Below are positions 1 through 12,818 of a stretch of DNA of 64,000 nucleotides, one piece after another (the first letter of the stretch is position 1; each line of letters begins with the position of its first letter). The translations under genes were made by a program, and so were the position numbers. The stretch lies in contig CAXNAD020000002.1 in NCBI GenBank assembly GCA_964200185.2, positions 1 through 64,000 of the forward strand. Direction: 5' to 3'. This stretch comes from Choristocarpus tenellus KU-1152. Its lineage: Eukaryota > Protista > Phaeophyceae. The notes beneath the pieces were generated by a model. It was not told the DNA's origin. It saw nothing but the letters and a program-made list of their open reading frames with translations, and searched no databases.

Positions 1-861
1 GTAAGACAGATGTTGACGTACCATACGTTCAAGCGCCCCACAAGGTGTGGCCCCCCTCTTTTTGGTGCTTTTGCAGTCTATTGACGTCAAGTGCACTCAT
101 TAAAAAGTGCCCGCAAAAAAACGCCTCCTCCTCACACGTCCGGACGTATTTACGCTCAAGAAAGAGCAAAACCCATCACGTCGTAAATAGGCATATATAA
201 GAAGGGCGATCTCATGTAATAATTTGCCTCTTTCCTTGGACTATGTTATTTGTTTAAATTTAGAATGGGAACCTCTCATTTGTCCAATCTTACTGCTTCG
301 ATTTTGATTTTAAAAAAGTGCCCTTGCTGGTTGATTCTTCACTTGAGTGAGATAATATGCAATACCGTACATTCTACGAGGAAGCAAGTGCACCCAGGAG
401 GATACATTCTCTACTTGTGTAGGTAGAATGCAGCAGACAGTCATCATATAACATACTCCTTTGTCATCATCACACATCACATCACAACTTGCATTCCATA
501 TATTGCTTCTCCTCTTGTACCTTCCAGGTCTTCCCAGTGTTTCCACTCACAGAGACAGAAAAGGAAATTAAAAGGACTGAGGAATTTTTAACTCAACTCG
601 TTTCCTCCTTTTCTCCACAAGACTCTCACCACTTGGCAAGACCTGACTGAGAAAAAGCCGACTAAAGAATTGTCAAGAAACATTTTGCGATTTTACATTT
701 AATGTCAATTGCTTTGATCTATTCCCAGTATCTGTGCCAATTCACTGCTGTTGGTGTGACTGTTGTGTTCAGGTGGTCCTTGTGCAGCATTAGTGGCACA
801 AATCCCAGTTTAGACAATAACGAGCACAGCAGTGGAAGTTTGCCACGCTCATGGGTGAAAT

Positions 862-1099
862 TATCTTAGAGGGTACGAATTTTGTCCTGTTTGTCCATTT
901 GGGGCTTGGCTTCCCTCGGGGTTTTTTATGACTTTTTCCTACTCCAAAATATTTCGGAGTAGGTAAAATGTGTATGTTATGAAAAGGTGTGTCCGCAACA
1001 AGGATATTGACACCCTAACAAACACGTAGCCAAAATGACATCAGAATTGCAACATTGGATTTTGACCCCCAAATGATCGCCCCTCTACCCTGTAAGATA
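862..1099. mobile_element. MITE-like element, family A, copy 1
   Basis: Terminal inverted repeats TATCTTAGAGGGTA...TACCCTGTAAGATA (13/14 match). The interior aligns with 1773-2010 through shared blocks GGAGTAGGTA, AAAGGTGTGTCC, CAAGGATATTG, TAGCCAAAAT and CAACATTGGATTTTG. Confidence 0.7.
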
Positions 1100-1772
1100 C
1101 TTTGGCTCTCATCTTGTGAGACTTTGTAGCTTCATAAATTTGTGGTGGTATGGGCATGCTTTAATTTGATTGTACTGTACTGTGGGGTGCGAAGCTGCAG
1201 CACACCTGACCTATTTTGTGGTGTGGCATGAAGTGCCAATGTTTACTGAAGTACTGTGTATTATTTCCTATGCTACTGATGCCTACCATTTTCCACTCCT
1301 AGCTGTTTTTTTCAGTACCATCAAGTTCTGTAGGAGACATTAGAATCAGTGACAATGCAAGGGCACATCGATAAGTCTCGCCTGGGGAAGAAGAGGAAAG
1401 TGATCAGAAAACAATTTGCTTGGAAAAACACTCTGGGAGTAGAGAGATAAGTGTTTGACACGGTCGAGCAATCATTTCCATGATCTCATCCACCCTCCAT
1501 GTTAATGCTCCTAAACAGGAAGTGGTCAAGGGAGGGAGGGGAAGAAGTCAACTCACTTGGGGCTAGATGTACCTATTAGTAGTTCAAAGGTCTTGCGGCA
1601 GCTATGTAGGACCCTGCAAGAAATTATCCCAGCCCAAGTAGTTTTTGCTTCCTCAAACACATAATTACTATATTCTACTTACGTACTTATATTTCCCCAG
1701 TTAGGATATCTAAGTTGATCCCTGCACCATTTGACTGCAAAGCCATGAAATGGAAGGGAGTGACCCAAGGAA

Positions 1773-2010
1773 TTTAAAGAGGGTATGAGTTTTGCCCTGC
1801 TTGTCCATTCGGAACTTGGCTCCCCACCATTTTATCATACTTTTTTTCGGTTTTCGAAACATTTTGGAGTAGGTACAACGTATACGACCATGAAAGGTGT
1901 GTCCAGAGCAAGGATATTGGCACTTCCTCACAAAAACGATAGCCAAAATTATATCAAAATCACAACATTGGATTTTGGACCCCAAACGGACGTGACCCTA
2001 TCCTCTTAAA
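1773..2010. mobile_element. MITE-like element, family A, copy 2
   Basis: Diverged direct copy of 862-1099, with ends TTTAAAGAGGGTA...TATCCTCTTAAA. Confidence 0.65.
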
Positions 2011-2949
2011 TGCTTTGACTCAGTTTAAAAAATGACATAGGGACCGTTTTATGGGGGTGGGATGTGGGATGACCAGGATGGGGTGCTATTGGGCACAATC
2101 CTGTGCGTGGGTAACAGAGGGGGCTGCGCTGGGGGGAAAGAGGGCGGGGAACCCGGCCAGATAGTAGTAGGCACTGTGTTCCAGCAGCCTAAGGAGAAAA
2201 TAAACAGTGTGTGTGTGCCTGGGTAATTCACGGGGGGTTGTGTAACTGTTGCCTTGGGGGTAAAGAGGAGAAATAGGTCCACCATAGTGTTCCAACTGCA
2301 CCAGGAGGAAATGTACAGGGGGTGGGTGTGCTTACATGGCAAGGTGAAGTTGTGCTGGGGTAGAAGGGTGGGGTGTGCCAGGGGAAATCTGTGCCCGCCG
2401 TTGCAAAATTTGATGATTGAACTAAGCATACATCTGTAGTAAAGGGGTCTATCTGTAATGTTGACGATGGCGATTTAGGAATTCCAAAGTAAAGATGAAG
2501 GCATTACAGACCAGGCAGCACTAAATCAATCATATTCTGGGTTGACAATTCTCTCCATAATGTTAAACAAAAGAGGTTTGACAAAAGATTGTTGGACTAC
2601 CGCTAGAATGGAAGGGGGTGTCTGATGATAGTTGCAATAATGACTGCTTTACATCTAGTGATAGGGGTACTAATATCTCTAAATTATCCTCTTGTGTGCT
2701 TGGTCTCTTCACCTCATGTCGCAATAATTTCTATATGCTTTTCTCTACAACATTCCACCCCTCTGGAAACCTACACGCATTTAGATAAACATGTTGCAAC
2801 AATCCTGTTGAGCGATAACCCTACCGAGTAGTTCTGTGTCTCACGTGTCACAACCATAATGGGCTACTGACAACCTCCCACGACCAAGATGGAGAACTAC
2901 AGGTCTCTTACATGCGAGGTTGTGTTTGGGTAACAAGGGGGGGTTGTGC

Positions 2950-3325
2950 CAGGGGTGACAGAGGTTGGGAAGCTCTGCCAGCCAGTAGCCACCGTGCTTT
3001 ACCAGTACCCAAAGTTAGATAACAACGTATCCTTCCAGCGGCCCATGGTAGCACACGAAAGGAATTTTCGTTCAAACATGGCAAATCCATCACCATCATC
3101 ATCGCTACTGTAGACCTTGAATGTTGATGGCAATGGGATCAGTCGTTTCAATCTTCGGCCCGTTGATACCTCCTGTTGTGCGGTTCCGCTAACCGCCCCT
3201 CTGTCTTCTTCATCCTCAGATTCGACCACCTCTCCATCTTCTTCAACTGGTGTTGTTGCAGGTGTCATGTCTCCATACTCCGCTCTTCTCGAAGTACGTC
3301 TTCTGTAACCGATGGCTTCCTCCAT
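2950..3325 (-). mobile_element. Decayed LTR-retrotransposon gag-like fragment (Ty3/gypsy-like)
   Basis: ORF 2999-3325 ends FKVYSSDDDGDGFAMFERKFLSCATMGRWKDTLLSNFGYW and continues after a frameshift as TGKARWLL. This resembles the retrotransposon Gag pattern F..FE..A...gW.D.....L.G.A..W. No pol or clear LTR was found. Confidence 0.45.
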
Positions 3326-4999
3326 CGGGACTCCCCCTCAAATCGATTTAACGCTAGCCTTGAGAACTTAGCACAATTCAATAAGTCGCGCTAGCTAGCT
3401 TGTTAAAGAAATTGGTGTTCCCAAGACTTGTGTATATAAAAACTAGATTAATTCCTTATTATGCAGAACAGGTTGTACATGAAGTAAGGAAGGTGTAAGA
3501 AAGGAGAGAGAGAGAGTGAGCTTCAAAGCTCAAAGGGGGTCATCACCTGACGATTCACACATTCTAATAACCCGTCATTCAGTCCGTTGTACTATAATAA
3601 CCCGCGGACAATATTTTCGTTATCCAACTACCGCTTCTTCGCTTTAATTGGCGAGGTTGAAGCTACAGGTAGTGTACACACACAAAAAAAATACACAAAA
3701 AGTGGTCAATTCAATCAAGACCCCTATCCTCCCCTCCCCCCCCAAAAAAAAAAAAAAAATCACCTCAATATCTGCTGGGAACTGTTCCAAGAACCGCGCA
3801 TCACTACCCCAGAACAGGCGCAGGTCTGGGATCCCGAACTCAAGGTATTTACAGAGAGTTTACAAAGTTTCCACCCGGATAGCTTGGGGCTGCAGGGGTA
3901 ATTACCAACAGTAAATACTCTTCAAGAACTCAATATTTCTCCCACAGAATCATATTTTACACATACATGAATATAAAGCATATTCTTAACATCCACAATT
4001 ATCCATACATATGTGACTCGATTGGCCTGTATTTGGGGCTGCAAGGAATGGTTAACTTAGTTGCTTGGGCGTGATTGTTGCGTTGCTTTGGCTGATTTGC
4101 TACTTTCTGTAAGTGTTCAACGTAATCAGTGTTGTTCCTTCCACTCCATAACCCAGCTCTGTAACAAACGTACGAATATTTACGTTAACGTTTGATGTCT
4201 ACCAACAATATTACGTTATTCAATGGGACACAAAACTTCTGTGAAAATTGAAGATAAACCAATACATCTGCACTCCCTTGGCTCTCACTCTGTCTGGGAT
4301 ATGTGTGACGGAACGAGGAAAAGTGAGTTAGTTTGCTTAGTCTACCTTATGTGCCCTCTATTTCTCTCTTTTAGATGCGTCAGCTTTCCTGGTTGCGAGT
4401 GGTGCAAGCGGTGATGTTGACATCACATGGTCCGTCTCTCATCTCGATCCGTTGCTGCGGCTAGGTAACTCCATCTAGTTCACATGCTACTGAGAGCACA
4501 TGCCTTCCTCGCGCCGTCACGTTGTAGTAAAGGGATATTTGAAGGCTTTTGTTGGATCGTATTAGTTGTGACTGCAGGATTCTTTGGGCGTCTTCACCTC
4601 TTCCAAATCGCGATGCAGTGAAGAGCCTTCAACAGGAAACTCTGATGACCAATAAACTAAACATAGTGCTCACATGGCCATAAATTGCTTTAGTTTCTGC
4701 AGCGTGGTTAAACTCCCCTTAGAAAAGAAGCAATCCATTATAGTACAGGCAGAATGCCTGTCTTTTCCTTCAAGAAAGGTTACTCCTTCATGCCTCGCCC
4801 AGCTTTTTTACAGGTGATTAATACATTTTCCCCTTTATCACCACTGACCGGCTCAGAAGATTGGTTTAGTGTGTTGGGTTCAATTTTCCTCGTGTTGACG
4901 ATCGTGCTCAAGGTGTAGAGCTTCTCTTAGTTGCATCACTTTCCGTGTCCCATCTACTCATTCCTTTTCTCATGTAATTACTTTTTCTCTCTATACAAG

Positions 5000-6861
5000 A
5001 GTCGAATTGCTCTCTAAACAATAACATTGACTCACCTCGGGATCCACCTCCAGATGTGTGCGATGCTGCCTATGGCATCTTCTTCCTACAGGGTGTAGGG
5101 CAGCTATTCCCGTGGAATGTCTTCATCAATGCTGAAGATTATTTTCGGCGACGACTATGCGGCACTCCTTACGAGAAGAATTTTGAGAACTTTTTCTCAA
5201 TAGGGTACAATGTAATGGCTGTTCTTGGTCTGGGTTTCGTCCTCAGGTGCACACTTTGACTGCCCTGGGTTTATGTTTTGTTTATTAGACATCCAGGTGC
5301 CTGCTGATACAGTTTGAACGATGACGTGACTGCAACACATCTCACCCTTGTGTAACCGGACAGGTATCAGCGGAGATTCAATCAGCGCCTTCAAGTGCTT
5401 GGTGCTCTTTCAGTCTCAACATTGGTGTTCATGATGTCCATGCTGCTGGTCCTGGTCGTTGAAATGAGCGGAACAGTCCTGTTCAATGTCACCATGGTTC
5501 TTGTGTCAATTTCGGCTCTTGCAGTGGCATTTTTGCAGGCAAGGTTTTCAGCAGAGTCTATCAAGCAAGAGTGCAGTCTGGATAGCAGCAGTTGTTGTAC
5601 TTACCATTGTGTGGGCAAGAAAGCAAACCCAGATGCCCTGTACCTTATGCCATTTTTTTTGCCTTCCACATTTTTTTTATACTGTTTTTGGTTTTCGTGC
5701 TATACTTTGTTGGAATTTGTTCTCATCCTCTTAAGTAACCATCTATGTTCTATGTTGTGTCAGGGAGGACTATTTGCTTTTGCTGGAGCCTTTCCACCAA
5801 GATATACCCAGGCCATGATGCTTGGACAGGGGCTTGCAGGGCTTTCTGTTTCCATTGCTGGTCTTTTTACCACTCTTTCTGGGCCAGATGCCACAGAGTG
5901 CGTATCTGATGAAGGGTTCGGAATTGACTTGACCTCTGTAAAATCCCAAACAGAATGCAAGTCATATGAAGTTGATATTAGTAGTTTGGTGTACTTTGGA
6001 ATAGCTTGTGGAATTCTGTTGGCCTGTATGATATCCTTCCCAGTCCTGGAACGCCTGCCCATCCCTTTGGAGTACACAAGGAATACTACTCCATCTAGTT
6101 TGGAGTCTGTTTTGTCGGAGACTCTGGAGGCACAATCATCTTTGATGAAGAGTGAGCATGGGGAGAGAGAGAGAGGATGGATATCACCCATTGAGGATTC
6201 CCGAGGATCCCTTCACTATTCCCAACAATCTATCCTGGAGGAGCATGCATTGGATGATACGGTTGTGAACCAGGATAAAAATAATTTTAGAGGGTCCAGG
6301 GGAATCATGCTGCAATTTTCCGGCTTGCAGCCCCTTGTTCCATTTGCTGTTGGTGTTTTTAGTACCTTCGCAGTGACACTTGCTTTGTTCCCTGCTACTA
6401 CATCCAAGATCATGTCTTCAAGACAGTGCATTCCCGGTCAGTCAAGGTTTTTTGCTGAAGATGTCTTTGTTATGTTTTCATTTGTGAGCTTCAACTTGTT
6501 TGATTTCATTGGGCGATTGGTTGCAGGATTGCCTCAACAACTGTTGTCTGGGCACATGTTGTCCAGTATGGCAGCTGCACGAGTTGTGTTCATCCCCCTA
6601 TTTCTTGCTTGTCGCTTACAAGGGTCAAGATTTCCTCAATGGCTTCATTGGGATGTCTTCCCATTAGCCCTGATGCCCCTTTTCTCCTTCTCAAATGGCT
6701 TTGTGGGGAGTCATTCTATGATGGCTGGACCACATGCTGTTTGTCCACAAATGCGTGATTTTGCTGGAACATCAATGGTCTTTTGTCTCTCAATGGGACT
6801 GCTGGTGGGTTCAGTCTTGTCTTTCTTTACTTTGTACTTCAGCACAGGATCTTTCTCCTAA
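5000..6861 (+). CDS. Equilibrative nucleoside transporter (ENT/SLC29 family); start exon not resolved
   Basis: Exons ~5000-5246, 5364-5538 and 5764-6861. ENT motifs: FFLQGVGQLFPWNVFINAEDYF, LQGGLFAFAGAFPPRYTQAMMLGQGLAG, VTLALFP, FNLFDFIGR, ARVVFIPLF, FSFSNGF. Many hydrophobic segments. Intron 5539-5763 is GC-AG. Confidence 0.93.
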
Positions 6862-7112
6862 CTGTGAAAAGAGCAATATATATATTCTACATACGCAAAC
6901 CTTACTGAGTGTGTTAATAAAACATCCCACAACCCAGAAGTCATCATGACGCATCAATAATTCTTGCTTTGGTCAGAAAATGGATTAGTGTTCCATTCCA
7001 TGCTACACACACAGTCAATGCCTGTTGCTCCTATTCCAACATCAAACAAAATCACAATAGGTGCTAATTGATTGGTGACCAGTCCTTCCTCCTTTGCAAA
7101 CTATAACCCGAC

Positions 7113-10100
7113 TCACACAGCACCATGTGCCAGCATGACATCAGCCACTTTCATGAAGCCTGAAATAGTAGCGCCTGCCCAACACAATTTTCGTAATGAG
7201 GGAAGGAGAGTCAAAACAAGTTTATAGGCGAAACATGTCATGTAGGCATCATGCACGGTAAAATTTTCTGAAGGAGGGTAGTGCAGATAGTCACAAAGGA
7301 TCTAAATGATCAATGCTCACCTGTTCCATAGTCACCCCGGGCATTGAACTCCTGAGCAGTTGCCTTAACATCTTGAAAGATCATGCTCATCTGTTCTGCG
7401 ACACGGTTGTGGATGGTTTCCTTTGGTCCAAGTGGGTTGGTGCTCAGTGTGAGCCCACTGACAATGCCGCTTCCTGCTAATGTGGCCTTGTGTGGTGCAA
7501 ACACCAATCCTCTTTTGCGGAAAACTGCCTTAGCCTGAAAAAAAAAGGCGAGTCATGGTACAACAAAAAGATTGAACTGATGGTGAAAAAATTCATACCT
7601 TCGAAGAACAGAAGCTGATAAAACTACCCCTACAAATATGAAACATGAGGAAATAAGCACAGAACATCAACATGGTGTTTGGTGCTGGACATTTCTTATT
7701 CATCTATACATAAATGGGGAGCATTACCAACTAGCTTCTCGCCAATGCCCCACAAACCTTCAAAACAGAAATAGTTACAAAAAGACAAAAAAAATTCCTC
7801 TTCAACTTCAATCCAAAGGTCCTAAAATACCTCTAGCACTAAGAATATTCCCTCTTTTGCTATTTGACAACTTACGGCTTTGCTGCATGGATTATTGGCT
7901 CCCTCTATCACTGCCATGCACCCAGTATCTGCCAAAAGTGTGGCAGCAGTCTCTGCAAAGGAATGTGGCAGTGGCACCAGAAACAGGACAAATTGAGCAC
8001 CAAAATTGGTTAGAAGTTCATTTTACGTAACTAAGGGCTCACACCACACTCAGTGCGACTTACATTATCTCTACAAATACTATCTATCTCACCATCAATT
8101 TCGTTCCGATGAGAGCAAGGGAAGACCAGATCACACGGGATGCCAAAGATGTTAGAAGGCTCCTGTTTTGGTAGGAAAGAGGTAAAGAGGGCAGGAAGGA
8201 GGGGGGGGGATTGGTGTCTACTATTGTAGTTTGTTTTTTGCCAGTTCAGATCTGGGCAGAGGGGAATTTTATGAAACATCTCAAATATGACACTGGGTAT
8301 CCATGATGAGCTAAGGCTTGCTACCGGTGTTTCTCAAATAGACCTGGTACTTGGCAGTAGTGGAAGCAATGATGTATCGGCCCACCCTTGCTCCTCTCTC
8401 TGACTTGATCTTCACGATGGTACGCAACTTGGCAGAGTCAATTCCCTGGTAAGATATTTAGAACATAGTACAGAAATCAGCATGGTGGAACAGACCCCTA
8501 CTTAAAAATATTAGAGCACATTCAACAAAGAGTGTGCTGTTTTCAGTGAGAGGTAGAACTCCTGAGTTTGATTCTGAAGGGTCAATAAATATTATGATCT
8601 CCACTAAATTGAACACAAGGGCTGACCATCTAAACCAATTTCAGGATCGACCTTGAGTCATTACTGAAACGATATAAACCCCAAAAACAAATGAGATAAT
8701 TTCAGAAGCACTTCTGGTTCACATGCACCTCAGGTTCATAGATGTGCCCACTTGAGTCTGAGAAGGTAAGTGGGATCGCTCCAAGCTGTAGCAACTTTTC
8801 AGCTGCATGGACTGCAACCTGGCACAATGGGATGAGAGTCAAAGTAACAGCGTTCCTGTTTAATCGCAAGATGTGTGGAAACACAAGAGCTTTTGCTTGC
8901 CAAAATAAAAAATTTAGGTCTGTAGCAAACACCAGAGGATCTTGTAGAGCACTCCCCATTAAACAAGAACAAAATTGCCCAGCAAAATCCACGCAGATAT
9001 ATTTTCATATCCATCCACGTACTAGTCTGTTAAAATGTTTTTCCCACGCACCTTTCCACTGCCAGTGATGAGGCAACGCTTTCCCTTGAGTGAGTCTCCC
9101 TTGTCTTCAAGAGCACACTTGGCAAACTCCACAACACCATAGCCAGTAGCCTTTGGAACAACCACAATGTCACAAAATAAATTGAATCTGTGAGGGACGA
9201 GTTTTATCTGCACAACTTGGTAACCACCAGAGTCCAGATCTATCTGAACACATCTGACTACTTGGCTCAACAAACACACTTGCCCTTTTCTGAACAGATT
9301 AAATCAAAAAGACAACACAGTTTAATAAATAAACAAACCTGGGTACTAAAACAAGAGTATACTTACTGGGTATCTCTTGTTGGAAATATTTGAAGCTAAG
9401 GATATCCTACCAATCCATCTTTAACACATATTAGCAAGCATTTAAGTAAGTCAAAATACTCCCAGAATAGTTGACTGATAGAATCCCCTAGAACATCACT
9501 TCATTAAACCAAACAAACACTAGCCACAAAAACTGTGTCTGCTTAACCATACTAAGGTGGATAACAGTTCAGCATAATTTTCTCCCATTACCTTCACTTC
9601 TCTGGATAGAATATAGTTTAGTTTAATGCATTTCTTAAACAGCGTACATTGTGGTGTGATGTAACTTCCTCTGAAATACACAAACTGTTCCACAATCCAC
9701 AGAAAATACCAACACAATTAATCTGTATAGTGAGCTTGTGAGCATCACAACTTACCTCAGGGTAGAAGTGAGTGCCACCCCAAAGCACACCTCGTCCCCG
9801 CTGTGCCACATGGTCATTGATGCGCTTGTACTGCCCATAGAGATACCCAACCTGAACATGTCAAGAACACAATATTTCAGGATTACAGTATTCAAAGCTG
9901 TTAACATCAAGTTGCCAAATGGGACAATCGCCAAATATATCTTGCATCTATTAGCAGATCAAATTTACACAGATGCCTCAAAACACCACTCAAAATTGTG
10001 AGGGTAGGGAAACCTGGGTTTACCTCTGGGACTCCCACGCCATAACCCATTGCTGGGATGTCAAGATCAGGACCAATATACTTGGTGAGCTCTGTCATGT

Positions 10101-12818
10101 AGGACTGGCAGAACCTATCGGAATATTGAATTGTGATAATATAAGTATCAGTACCGGTTGTGTTTCAGGTCATACGAGTTTATCACATCTTGCAAGCAGT
10201 CAAGAATCCAGACAGGTTGGGAGGTGTGAGGCAAGCCATATACTTGACACAACCACCATTCCACAAGGGCAGATGGTTGCAAAACTATCTGCTCCGGTGA
10301 ATTAGTAGTATCTCAATATTTGATGAAATCAGACTGGGAATCTACCCAGCAAAATCCTTGGGTCATCACCCTGAACTGTCAACCTCAATTTTTTTCCCAG
10401 TGAGCCTGTACTCTGGAACTCCCTAACATTCTACATTTATCCTCATGCCGTAGGGTGTTGGGGAAATGGTTCAGGTGGGATTTGATTTTATAACCTCTGA
10501 TTTGATCTCAACATGAGAAGCCGCTATAACACTAGAGCAGTTAGTCTCATGGACTGCTTTGCCACTCCCTACAGCGGGAGGACAAATATAGAATGAGAGG
10601 GGAGGTCTGCAGCTCAATAGGAGATTATAAGATTGAGATGGACTGCTTGGGGAGAGTGCACAAGTAGTTGGGTGATTACCCATGGAATACGATAGAGGTA
10701 GGTTCCCAGTCTCTAATTTTTTCAAATATTGAGATACTCTTTCATCAGGAAAGACAATTGCACAGCTATCTACCCTGGCGGAACAGTGGTATCTCAATGT
10801 TCGATACTTAAGTAGAGAAGTCAAACTGGAGACTTGCAACAAATTGTTACGCTTTCATTTCACATGTATCCAAGAACAAAAAGGACCTTACCGTACGGGA
10901 AACAATAGGAGTGAAAAAACACATTTGTCACTTTAAGAGAGCATACCTTTGAATCTCTGCCTCACTCTTGTTATGTGGATTGAAGTCAGCCCCTCCAACT
11001 GCTGCCCCCAAGTTGCAACCCGTTAAGGCATTGCTAAACACTGTTTCCATACCCAAAGCCTGATAAGAACGTCAAGATGGAGGAAAATACACAAGAGATA
11101 TTCTGAGAGTACTATTCCAACCTGCTGCACACGACACACTCTCTCAACATATCCAATAAAATACAAACAGAATAGTTGAAGGCATTCTTAGTTATCTGTT
11201 ATCTACCTTGAGGACATCACTGTTAATCCCACCACTGAAGTGTAGTCCACCCTCATATGGCCCCAGAGCACTTGAATACTGGATCCTGAAACCACGGTTC
11301 ATTCGAGAATTGCCATTGTCATCCAGCCATGCCTGAGCAAAACCATTCACAATTCCCAATAAGGTTGAAATGTGAAAAGCGTTTCAGGTTTGGTTGATGC
11401 AACACTAGAGTCAGCGACCTATACTTATTGCCTCCATGTTCACCAAACTCGTTTAACCCAAAATGCGTAATCTAGGCATCAATTTGCACATTTCATGTCA
11501 ACATGCAACCATCATGGCATATATGTCTCATCATTGATCTACAACATGGAATGCTTGGCGCTGAGACTACCAAGATCACCTCCATTACCTCAGGTTCGAT
11601 TTTATGTATGTTGTGATTCCTCTTGCCCCAAACGTAATTAGCTATGCCTGGACCATCCCAACCTCTGAGACCTAAATATGTTGAACATTACTCTTCCAGA
11701 ACTTGTCTAATATATTATTGTAAAGTGGGGCACATCCACTGTAACTTATGTCCAGGTACTGACCACACGGAACTGGATAGCTCGTTCTGGCTCCAGGAGT
11801 TGCTTGGCAATCCAAGCATATTTGGGCGCCCTATCAAACACAGGCGCCAATGCTGGAAGGGTATCGCTCAGTGACTCAAGGAAATCCTCGGAGTGAGGGT
11901 CCTTCCGGCGCGCTTCGCTCAACCTGAAATGAGGATCGGTGCCCGAAAGAAAAAATGTCGAAACTGAGTGTACACGAAGGTAAACCCACAGGCACACGAT
12001 TCCCACGCCTTCAGGATATTTAGTGATATTGTTCATGACCTAACGGTGTTTGTAGTTGGAGAAAACATAATGCAAGTCGATAAGAGGTCTTTACAAGGTT
12101 AACAGTATCATTGACAAAAATAGAGTACTCACAGCATGTCCGTTGCCTCGGCTCCTGTCTTGAAGCGCTGGTCACCCTGCCACCATCAGCCAACCGATGA
12201 GAAAAAGTGCAATTTATAAGTAGACGGTTGGTCCGACCAAAACTTCTAGAGTGTCAAGGGGATCGCAATGTCACAGATGGGTATGTACCACGACTGGTGT
12301 TGTGGAGACTTTAATGTGAGGTGATTGTGCCCTGATTTGTAATCACCCCGCCCCAATTCAAATCGATGTCAGCACTTTACGCATACCATACGATGAATGC
12401 TGGAGAATATACAGAAGCCAGCCTACATGTTACCTTTCCACACAAAGAAATAGGTTAGGAAGTAAGTTCAATCAATTACGCTCACCTCACGCCGGAAAAG
12501 GGGCTTGTTTCTCCACGTTTTCTGGAAGGGGAGACAAAGAATCGAAGTGGACAGTGTAAGGTGAGCACAATCTTTGGAAAAGAAGGAAGTCCATGTTTTA
12601 TGTTGTGTGATATTTACTGGATTAACATGACGTCTCATGGGACCTCTTCTCAAGCCAGACGCACATCATACCTGACCAGACCGGGATCCATGGACACCAC
12701 CAAATGTATAAAGTGGTGAAAGGGTTTCTGCCTTTACATTAAGCACTGCGGCTGTGTGGTGCACGCTGCGAACGCCAACTCTCGAGGCGGCCTGGCGGGC
12801 TATTGGGAGAAAGCTCAT
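7113..12818 (-). CDS. NAD(P)-glutamate dehydrogenase-like protein (GdhA family, ~486 aa) with degenerate active site and a mitochondrial-presequence-like N-terminus
   Basis: 15 phase-consistent GT-AG exons: 12818-12738, 12521-12486, 12176-12133, 11923-11764, 11332-11207, 11059-10947, 10114-10024, 9851-9756, 9150-9052, 8818-8729, 8445-8344, 8162-8093, 7952-7876, 7534-7321, 7174-7113. GDH motifs: LLEPERAIQFRVAWLDD, NRGFRIQYSSALGPY, PEATGYGVV, LKGKRCLITGSGKVA, FSDSSG, VIEGANNP, GFMKVADVMLAHGAV. The N-terminus MSFLPIARQAASRVGVRSVH is Arg/Ser/Ala-rich with no acidic residues. Confidence 0.92.
10252..10800. mobile_element. Foldback/MITE family B with ~90-100 bp inverted arms, in GDH intron 6
   Basis: The left arm ...GTATCTCAATATTTGATGAAATCAGACTGGGAATCTACC is the approximate reverse complement of the right arm GGTAGGTTCCCAGTCTCTAATTTTTTCAAATATTGAGATAC. 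Related copies lie at ~45.1-45.6 kb and ~62.65-62.95 kb. Confidence 0.7.

Noticed and set aside
5395-6861. 488-aa ORF as a single-exon transporter
   Set aside because: It includes a 225-nt intron that splits the conserved LQGG motif, and the N-terminal helices lie in an upstream exon.
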